In this document: in pieces, positions 56,662-64,000 of the stretch
Position numbering within the stretch: position 1 is the stretch's first letter
How the letters are laid out: every line of letters begins with the position of its first letter
Assembly (NCBI GenBank): GCA_018268995.1
Contig: JAFDVL010000009.1
Coordinates: 987 to 64,986, forward strand
Length of the DNA stretch: 64,000 nucleotides
Source of the DNA: Acidobacteriota bacterium
Lineage (GTDB): Bacteria > Acidobacteriota > Blastocatellia > RBC074
Reading direction: 5' to 3'
The notes under the pieces: generated by a model
What the model was told of the DNA's origin: nothing
What the model saw: only the letters and a program-made list of their open reading frames with translations
Database searches by the model: none
Made by a program: the position numbers and the translations under genes

Positions 56662-58347
56662 TTACACGGGACGCAGCTTGGGCCACGCGATTTCGACGCC
56701 CTGTTGTTGCAGCTTGGCCTGAAAGTCAGCCAGCAGCTTTTTATTGTTGCGGATGCTGCGCGGCGTTTGTTTGAGCAGATTGGCTTGTGCGGCCAATGCT
56801 CCTGCGGCTTCGCCGATGTTCCATTCTACCGGATGCAGCCGATAGCAACCGTTCGTGATGTGCGTTACGCCCAGGTTTTTGCACGCGGGCAGCAGATTTT
56901 CTACGCGTTTCGGAATCAATGCGCCGAGCGGAATTTGAAACGGCAGCGAACTAACATCAATGTAATTGTTGCCGCCTGTGCTCATATGCAAATCAATGCG
57001 GTATGAACCAACGCCAACGGAATCCGCAAACGCTTCGGCAGTGAGGTCTTCGGCTTTTTGGTTGAGTATTGCTGTGCGGGCTTCTGTGCCGACGTGTTGT
57101 TCCAGCACAGTGAATTCTGCCTGAATCCGACGTGACTCACGAATGTATGGATACTTGGCCAAGCCGTCTTCTGTGCCCGTAATATCGGGGCGCAGGCGCA
57201 AGCCTTTCCAGCCAATGCCGCCATCCGGGCGCGGCGCTTCAGTTTGCATCCAGTACAGAAACGACAAACTTAATTGCTTTGCTCCGCGCAGATGTTTCGC
57301 TGCTTCGGCTTCGCTGACCTCGATAATCGGACCGAGGAAATAATCATTCATCGGCCAGTTCACGACGGTTGTGTCTGCCGCAAATGTCCCTGTCGCAAAA
57401 TTCTTTCGATCAATGATGCGGCGATAGGTCCAGAAATTTTGGACGTTTGGCGGCAATCCATTGCCTTCGGGATCAATCGAGCCGACGCGGGATTTCAGCG
57501 TGTGTGGATGCGGTTGTTCCCACGCCAGAAACTTGCCGGGCCACGGTGTGTCGAGTTTGGGAATGTAATCGCGCCAGAATGGGTAATCTTCAGGCCGATC
57601 AATCGTGTGGTCTTCGCCTGCACGGTGTTCCATCGCAAAGCACCACGTGATGGCTTGCATATTCAGCGGCTGTGCTTGTTCGGGCGCGTGCAATTCGCCT
57701 GTCTGCTGTTTGGATTCAAAGCCTGTGACGTATTCAGTTTTGGTGAGTGGTAACAAGTCTCCAAGTTCGGTTGCATCCAGAAAATACGGCGCGTTGATGG
57801 TGCGGGTTTGCCCGCTTTCCAGGCTTTTTATTGTCACAGCGCGCACCTTGTTGCCTTGCACTTCGGCGGCAATAGGTTTGTGTTTGAGCAGGATGGTCAA
57901 ATAGCCACTGCTTACATACGGCGCAAGCATTGCTTCCAGCACGGCAACAGAAACGCGAGGTTCGTGGCAAATGCGCGAAACGCTGCCGTTGCCGGGGTTC
58001 AAATTTAATGTCGCGCGTGCTGCTTCGGTCAAGGGATAGTGCTGACGATAATATTCGCGGATAGCGCTGCGGTAGCGGCGATAGGTAGCGGTGCCGCCAA
58101 AAGATTCGATGTACCGATGTTCGTCAGGCGGCACAATCTGCGATGTGGTTTGGCCGCCGATCCAATCCGTTTCTTCAGTCAAAATTACTTTTTGACCATT
58201 GCGTAAGGCCGCAAGCGCAGCAGCAACACCACCCAATCCGCCACCGATAATGGCTACGTCGCCGCGCAATTCTTTGGCGGCAGCGAGGGTGAACGGTAAC
58301 ACGAGAAACGCACTGGATAGTTGGAGAAAGTCACGCCTGGTTGTCAT
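56662..58347 (-). CDS. Tat-exported FAD-dependent oxidoreductase (FAD_oxidored/PF12831-like), operonic with the DUF1549/DUF1553 gene
   Basis: Tat motif TRRDFLQLSSAFLVLPFTLAAA. FAD Rossmann VAIIGGGLGGVAAALAALRNGQKVILTE. The stop at 56662 lies 7 bp from the start of the downstream gene. Confidence 0.75.
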   Translation of the reverse strand: MTTRRDFLQLSSAFLVLPFTLAAAKELRGDVAIIGGGLGGVAAALAALRNGQKVILTEETDWIGGQTTSQIVPPDEHRYIESFGGTATYRRYRSAIREYYRQHYPLTEAARATLNLNPGNGSVSRICHEPRVSVAVLEAMLAPYVSSGYLTILLKHKPIAAEVQGNKVRAVTIKSLESGQTRTINAPYFLDATELGDLLPLTKTEYVTGFESKQQTGELHAPEQAQPLNMQAITWCFAMEHRAGEDHTIDRPEDYPFWRDYIPKLDTPWPGKFLAWEQPHPHTLKSRVGSIDPEGNGLPPNVQNFWTYRRIIDRKNFATGTFAADTTVVNWPMNDYFLGPIIEVSEAEAAKHLRGAKQLSLSFLYWMQTEAPRPDGGIGWKGLRLRPDITGTEDGLAKYPYIRESRRIQAEFTVLEQHVGTEARTAILNQKAEDLTAEAFADSVGVGSYRIDLHMSTGGNNYIDVSSLPFQIPLGALIPKRVENLLPACKNLGVTHITNGCYRLHPVEWNIGEAAGALAAQANLLKQTPRSIRNNKKLLADFQAKLQQQGVEIAWPKLRPV

Positions 58348-58558
58348 AGCGATTTATGTTTGCGGTTGTTTGCGAAAAACGTTGTACCTTTTCTGGACGG
58401 GCGAGCCGCCGATCTTCTCTTGGTTCATGAAATGCGAATCGTTGATTTTTCGGATTATGTCGCAAGAACTCGCTTTCTACAAAGTTGACTCGCACATTGT
58501 TTCTACCATAGACTGCGCGGTCTGCTGATAGATCAAAATCCATTCTGAAAGAAAGTGA

Positions 58559-59497
<939 letters not shown>

Positions 59498-59539
59498 ACC
59501 TCTTTCACCCCAGACCTAATCTGTGGTAGCTTTTTGGAC

Positions 59540-59602
59540 TGCCGCAGCTTTGCTACTGATGACAGTAACGCACAGCTTGCGGCAGTCGCGTTTTTTTATT
59601 GG
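59540..59602 (+). terminator. Rho-independent terminator after mdh
   Basis: Stem GACTGCCGCAGCT … AGCTTGCGGCAGTC (one bulge) followed by TTTTTTT. Confidence 0.7.
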
Positions 59603-59645
59603 TTGTTACAACGTAACTTTGAACGCCCCATAAGGAATAAAGATT

Positions 59646-60128
59646 GTGAGTGATGCAACAGAATTAAGCGGAAGAGATAAAGTCGCAGCGGAATTGAAAG
59701 CGCTCGAATATGAATTATCGGTGGAATTGCCACGCGCCCTGCGCACCGCAGCCGCGCACGGTGATCTTTCTGAAAACGCCGAATATAAAATGGCACGGGA
59801 ACGGCAGGACTTTGTGCGCGCGCGCGTTCAGCAATTGCAGCAACAAATCGCCAAGCTGGCGAGCATTGACATCAGCAAGTTGCCACGTGACCGGGCGTCT
59901 TACGGCTCTACGGTTGTCCTGAAAGATATGGATCGCGGCGTGGAAATTACCTATCGGTTGGTCGCGCCGGAAGAATCGGACTTTGAGAAAGGTCTGATTT
60001 CAACTTCTTCACCCATTGGGAAAAGCCTGCTCAATAAAGAAGAAGGCGATGAAGTCAAAGTCCAGACTCCCAACGGTGTGCGAAATTTTGAAATCATCAA
60101 GCTAACGACGATTCATGACGAATCATAA
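59646..60128 (+). CDS. greA: Transcription elongation factor GreA
   Basis: GTG start. GreA signature (…[16 protein letters not shown]…) and the C-terminal FKBP-like domain (…[20 protein letters not shown]…SPIGKSLL…). Confidence 0.9.
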   Translation: MSDATELSGRDKVAAELKALEYELSVELPRALRTAAAHGDLSENAEYKMARERQDFVRARVQQLQQQIAKLASIDISKLPRDRASYGSTVVLKDMDRGVEITYRLVAPEESDFEKGLISTSSPIGKSLLNKEEGDEVKVQTPNGVRNFEIIKLTTIHDES

Positions 60129-60371
60129 AATCAGCTTGCTGTTTGACTCTCGGCGGCGACAACACTAGACTTTCTCGCTGGGATTTAAGACACATGTAAA
60201 AGTTTCTTGTACCAGGAGCACGATTGGGTTGATCATGCTCGCTCCGATAAGAGTTGCCCCCCAAAGCGTAATTCACAGGTGGTCTTCTGGGTGACGTAGA
60301 GAATCGCACCACATAAAATTCACTTTACGCTTTTAGAGGTCGCCAAAAAAATCATAGAGTAGGGTTACGGT

Positions 60372-60983
60372 TTGGCTTCTAATTTATCATCTCTTAACAG
60401 TTCCCTTGTGCAGAAGCTGCTGACCACAGTTATCCTTGTGGTCGCGTTTTTGCTTAGTGCCGGGTTGGTGATTTACCTTTCATTAAAGGGAAAAGAAGTG
60501 GCTGTCCCGAACTTGATCGGCAAATCGGAAGGGGACGCAGAACGATTGCTTGAAGCAGAAGGGCTGCGGCTGAAAGTCCGTAATCGCACGACGGACGAGA
60601 AAATTCAGGCTAACCTGGTTAGCGATCAGATTCCCAATTCAGGCACAAATGTTAAGGCGGGACAAATGGTTAGCGTAACCATCAGCACCGGGATTGAGGC
60701 GAAAAAGGAAGACGCAAAAGCAACGCCAACTCCCAGGCCCGCAGCGAGTGCAACGCCCAAGCCCAAACCGAAACCTAGTCCTTCTCCCGGTGACACTGCG
60801 GGCAAAGATAAAGACACCGCCGAAAAGAAATCCGAGGGCGACAAAGGAAAAGGAACTACAGCTGTAGCAGGTAAAGACGCTGGGAAAGGCGAGACGGGGA
60901 AGCCGAAATCCACCGTGACGCCTTCGCCAAAAACATCCCCTAAAGCTACCCCCAAGCCAAGTCCTAAGAAGACGGATAATTAA
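60372..60983 (+). CDS. Membrane-anchored PASTA-domain protein with low-complexity Lys/Pro/Thr/Ala-rich C-terminal tail
   Basis: TM ([20 protein letters not shown]). PASTA-like fold region ([27 protein letters not shown]…GQMVSVTIS). The tail is …[21 protein letters not shown]…. Confidence 0.6.
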   Translation: MASNLSSLNSSLVQKLLTTVILVVAFLLSAGLVIYLSLKGKEVAVPNLIGKSEGDAERLLEAEGLRLKVRNRTTDEKIQANLVSDQIPNSGTNVKAGQMVSVTISTGIEAKKEDAKATPTPRPAASATPKPKPKPSPSPGDTAGKDKDTAEKKSEGDKGKGTTAVAGKDAGKGETGKPKSTVTPSPKTSPKATPKPSPKKTDN

Positions 60984-60988
60984 GCTGT

Positions 60989-61657
60989 ATGGTTGAGATC
61001 GCTCCTTCTATTCTTGCGGCAGACTTCACTCGATTAGGCGAGCAAATCGCTGCCGTTGAGGAGGGTGGAGCAGCGTATGTGCATGTGGATGTAATGGATG
61101 GGCATTTCGTCCCCAATATTACCGTTGGGCCGTTTATTGTGCAGGCCGTGCGACGAATTACGAAATTACCGATAGATTGTCATTTGATGATTGAAGACCC
61201 TGACAAATATATTGGCGAATTCGCGCGGGCAGGGGCAAATATGATTTCGGTGCATCCCGAAGCGACCTCTCACTTGCATCGCACGATTGGCTTTATTCGT
61301 CAGGCTGGCTGTCGCGCAGGCGTTGTTTTGAATCCAGCCACACCGCTTTCTGCTATCGAAGAGATTGTGAAGGATGTGGATTATGTCTTATTAATGTCTG
61401 TGAATCCCGGTTTTGGCGGACAACAGTTTATAATGTCATCGCTCAACAAGCTCCAACGGTTGCGTGCATTACTACAAAGCTGTGGTTCGCAGGCGCGTAT
61501 TGAAATTGACGGTGGCATTAGCGCGGAAAACGCTGCTGTTGTTGCCGGAGCTGGTGCCGAGATTTTGGTGGCAGGGTCAGCCATTTTTGGCCAGGCTAGC
61601 CCCGCCAAAGCCGTGCAACAGATGCTTCAAGTCGTTACTGAAGCACAACGAGTTTGA
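60989..61657 (+). CDS. rpe: Ribulose-phosphate 3-epimerase
   Basis: [10 protein letters not shown]…[14 protein letters not shown]…[10 protein letters not shown]…. Confidence 0.9.
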   Translation: MVEIAPSILAADFTRLGEQIAAVEEGGAAYVHVDVMDGHFVPNITVGPFIVQAVRRITKLPIDCHLMIEDPDKYIGEFARAGANMISVHPEATSHLHRTIGFIRQAGCRAGVVLNPATPLSAIEEIVKDVDYVLLMSVNPGFGGQQFIMSSLNKLQRLRALLQSCGSQARIEIDGGISAENAAVVAGAGAEILVAGSAIFGQASPAKAVQQMLQVVTEAQRV

Positions 61658-61726
61658 TTTTCGGATAGATTTTTACCAGCAGGTCAAAGAGCCTGCACTC
61701 CCTGGTTATTTCAAAGGAGTTTCTTT

Positions 61727-62893
61727 ATGAATCACAAAAGCCTCACTTTGGCGCTGACCTTGCTCCTCTCAACCTTTCTTGGTTTGATGGCAGGTTGTGG
61801 CAAAGGGAAAGACTCAGTTAAGAACGACAACGTTGCTGCTCCCGGTCGTGACAAGGAGCTTTACGAACAGGCTTCTGAAAAACTTCGCAAAGGCCGCTAT
61901 GATGAAGCACGTCTGACGTATAACGTGATTATTTCCACTTATCCTGACAGCGAATACTTGTCGCTCTCGAAACTGGCGGTGGCGGATTCTTTCTATTTGG
62001 AAGGTGGCTCAAGCAATCTGGAACAGGCGGTGGCGCAATATCGGGACTTTGTTCAATACTTCCCGACACACCCACGTGTTTGCGATGTGTACCTGAAGAT
62101 GGCGGAGTCTTATATGCGACAAATGGGCGCATATAATCGCGACATGACCAAGGCCAATCAGGCGTATTACCAGCTCAAAGCTGCGCAGCAAAAATGCGGC
62201 AGCTCCAATTTGAAAGATCAGATCGTCAAGAGCATCAATGAACTTGAGCAAATCAGAGGCTTACACGAACTGGATGTGGCACAGACTTACTGGAAGCGAC
62301 AGGCTTACAAATCGGTTGAGTTGCGATTGAAGGAAGCCGAAAAGTACAAGAACTTTACTTATCGCGATGAAGTTCTTTATATGTTGGGAGTCGCGCTGAT
62401 TGAGCAGGAGTTACCGGAAGAAGCGACGCCGTATTTTACGGAATTGGTTCGTGACATTCCTAACAGCGAACTGGCACCAGACGCCAAAAAATTCCTGGAA
62501 AAGCTAGGCAAGCCTATTCCCGCACCTTCAAACAATAATCCTGCACCTGTTCGCCCAGGACGTGTCGAGCAGTTCCGATTGATTCTTGGAAAAAATAACC
62601 TGGACATCCGAAAAGAGGGAATCCTCGTGGATCGCAAGGGGCGCATTGATGAACAGGAAGAACAAAAACGCGCAACTCCAGTGCCGGATGCCAACAGCGA
62701 CATCAAGACGGTGAGAAGCGGGCCGCGTAATCGGCAGGAAACTTCAGCGACAGAGGAATTAAAGTCACAGCCAGTCGGAAATGGTGCAAATCCTGCTGCA
62801 CAACCGGAAGGTGCAAAACCGGAGGCTACACCGGCAGCTAAACCCGAAGACCCGAAAAAGAAAAAGAAAGGGATCTTCGGAATCTTTAAATAA
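61727..62893 (+). CDS. bamD: Outer-membrane lipoprotein of the BamD/YfiO (TPR-like) family with C-terminal low-complexity extension
   Basis: Lipobox LMAGC. BamD-like helical repeats (…YEQASEKLRKGRYDEARLTYNVIISTYPDSEYL…QAVAQYRDFVQYFPTHPRV…). A charged/Pro-rich tail ends the protein. Confidence 0.55.
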   Translation: MNHKSLTLALTLLLSTFLGLMAGCGKGKDSVKNDNVAAPGRDKELYEQASEKLRKGRYDEARLTYNVIISTYPDSEYLSLSKLAVADSFYLEGGSSNLEQAVAQYRDFVQYFPTHPRVCDVYLKMAESYMRQMGAYNRDMTKANQAYYQLKAAQQKCGSSNLKDQIVKSINELEQIRGLHELDVAQTYWKRQAYKSVELRLKEAEKYKNFTYRDEVLYMLGVALIEQELPEEATPYFTELVRDIPNSELAPDAKKFLEKLGKPIPAPSNNNPAPVRPGRVEQFRLILGKNNLDIRKEGILVDRKGRIDEQEEQKRATPVPDANSDIKTVRSGPRNRQETSATEELKSQPVGNGANPAAQPEGAKPEATPAAKPEDPKKKKKGIFGIFK

Positions 62894-62949
62894 TAGGGTA
62901 GCGGAAAACCGCTTTCAGATCATAGAGTGCTTTTCGAGCGAGTACTTAG

Positions 62950-62985
62950 GGTCAGGAGGCGGTTTTCTTTTTTTTATTGTTTCTG
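62950..62985 (+). terminator. Rho-independent terminator after the BamD-like gene
   Basis: GC-rich stem (…GGTCAGGAGGCGG…) followed by TTTTCTTTTTTTTATTG. Confidence 0.55.
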
Positions 62986-63175
62986 AAAGTAGATAATGCT
63001 ACTTTCTCCCTGCCCTCCAACGCTTGTCTGCCTCGATAAGTGCAACGTCCCAGTAAATAACAACAAGACAACCCTCAAGCAACCGCGAATCAAGCTCTCT
63101 GAACGCATTGCAAATGCCAAAACTCCCAAGCGCTATCGCCCAGTTTCCAGGCATATTTTCTCGGAGGTTAACGTT

Positions 63176-64000
63176 ATGGGGCATAAAGTCCTACTGGCGG
63201 ATGACAGCATCACTGTCCAAAAGATTGTCAAGTTAAGTTTGACAGAAGAAGGTATTGAAGTCATTGCTCTTGGCAATGGTGAACAAGCTGTGCAGCAGAT
63301 CGAATCGCTTCAGCCGGATTTAGTCATGGCTGATGTCTTCATGCCAGGAAAAGATGGCTACGAAGTCTGTGAGTTCGTAAAATCTCACCCGCAATTCAAG
63401 CATACGCCAGTGATTTTGCTCGTCCATGCATTTGAACCCTTTGATCCTGAACGCGCAAAAAAAGTAGGCGCAGATCAGCAATTAACCAAGCCGTTTCAAT
63501 CTATTCGTACGCTGGTGACAACGGTGCGAGATTTGTTGTCGGTCTCACCTCCTGTTGCTGCTTCGGTAGAAACGAATCGGCAGGAAGCCGCAGCAACTGT
63601 TACTGCTGTTCCTGAAGCAATAATACCTTTGACGCCTTCAATTCCTGTTAGCAGTCAGCCAGAAGAAGAATTTGCAGTTGTGTCGTCTTTAACCTCGACA
63701 GCCAACGCTGCCGTTGAACCGGAATCTGCTTTTAGTGGAATGTCCGGTTCCTCGCCTTCGATTCCCTCGCCGCTGCCTTCATTCGATTCGCTCTCGCCAT
63801 TATCCTTCTCGGAAGGTAGTCTGCCTATTCCTCCAATGGGATCGCCTGTTTCAGATGAGGACGCAAAAACAGATTTTCTACCGCCCCTTGATTTGTCCGT
63901 TTTTCCATCAACAGAATGGCAGTCACCTGCGGCCTCAATGGCTGAAACCTCAACCGCAGAAATGGGAGCAGCGGCTTTTTCTTCTGTTTCAATGTCATCT
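63176..64000 (+). CDS. Response regulator (CheY-like receiver domain + Ser/Pro-rich linker), 3' end beyond the window
   Basis: GGAGG RBS. REC motifs (KVLLADDSITVQK…, …PDLVMADVFMPGKDGYEV…, …PVILLV…, …KPF). The frame is open to the window end. Confidence 0.8.
   Translation, partial: MGHKVLLADDSITVQKIVKLSLTEEGIEVIALGNGEQAVQQIESLQPDLVMADVFMPGKDGYEVCEFVKSHPQFKHTPVILLVHAFEPFDPERAKKVGADQQLTKPFQSIRTLVTTVRDLLSVSPPVAASVETNRQEAAATVTAVPEAIIPLTPSIPVSSQPEEEFAVVSSLTSTANAAVEPESAFSGMSGSSPSIPSPLPSFDSLSPLSFSEGSLPIPPMGSPVSDEDAKTDFLPPLDLSVFPSTEWQSPAASMAETSTAEMGAAAFSSVSMSS

Noticed and set aside
60130-60370. 240-bp intergenic region after greA with a short hairpin (GGAGCACGATTGGGTTGATCATGCTCGCTCC). A tRNA or small RNA gene was considered.
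   Set aside because: No cloverleaf (no T-loop GTTCGAATC-like motif, no acceptor-stem pairing) could be drawn. It may be a terminator or 5' UTR structure, and the evidence is insufficient to call an ncRNA.

Overview
This is a 64 kb chromosomal window from a high-GC (roughly 58-60% by eye) Gram-negative soil bacterium, almost certainly an Acidobacteriota (Solibacter/Bryobacter-like) genome. The evidence is a CarboxypepD_reg-type TonB-dependent receptor, several CadC-like wHTH-TM-TPR one-component regulators, a PSCyt/DUF1549/DUF1553 protein, a Solibacter-type C-terminal domain on a large secreted protein, and ECF sigma / Ser-Thr kinase pairs. No rRNA, tRNA, CRISPR arrays, transposases or integrases were seen. 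The main content, in order, is as follows.

(i) 4377-7878: an ECF sigma factor translationally coupled to a Ser/Thr kinase fused to a TolB-like beta-propeller, carrying an apparent 1-nt frameshift. The C-terminus of a paralogous kinase sits at the window start.

(ii) 7970-11620: a DinB-family protein, a fasciclin protein, a MsrP/MsrQ-like molybdoenzyme/cytochrome b pair, and a second ECF sigma.

(iii) 12047-18321: a CadC/SARP-like membrane regulator and a 1178-aa secreted glycosidase-like protein.

(iv) 18432-31497: a tightly packed 10-gene minus-strand operon encoding an apparently lipid-carrier-linked amino-sugar glycosylation pathway. It contains a WbpB/GnnA-like oxidoreductase, a DegT aminotransferase, a hexapeptide N-acetyltransferase, three DPM1/ArnC-like GT2 domains (one fused to a sugar nucleotidyltransferase, one fused to an ArnD-like polysaccharide deacetylase), a second deacetylase, an FAD oxidoreductase, a methyltransferase and two ArnT/PMT-like GT-C transferases. 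I propose it is an Arn-like 'protect, flip, deprotect, transfer' system that uses acetyl rather than formyl protection.

(v) 31931-37844: housekeeping genes (TlpA-like thioredoxin, an amino-acid permease, RseP, a lipase-like hydrolase).

(vi) 37894-40383: a membrane-anchored GtrB/ArnC-like GT2 plus a Tat-exported Gfo/Idh/MocA oxidoreductase.

(vii) 40487-44569: two tandem CadC-like regulator paralogs.

(viii) 44883-47359: a YVTN beta-propeller fused to a di-haem cytochrome c peroxidase-like domain, followed by a GMC-oxidoreductase gene relic.

(ix) 47695-53234: a TPR protein, then a second ECF sigma / WD40 Ser-Thr kinase pair.

(x) 53500-58347: a PSCyt1-DUF1549-DUF1553 protein operonic with a Tat-signal FAD oxidoreductase.

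(xi) 58568-64000: core genes mdh, greA, a PASTA protein, rpe, a BamD-like lipoprotein and a response regulator.

Several long hairpin/palindromic elements were also noted, including a two-copy 28-31 bp stem family and a ~260 bp nested palindrome.
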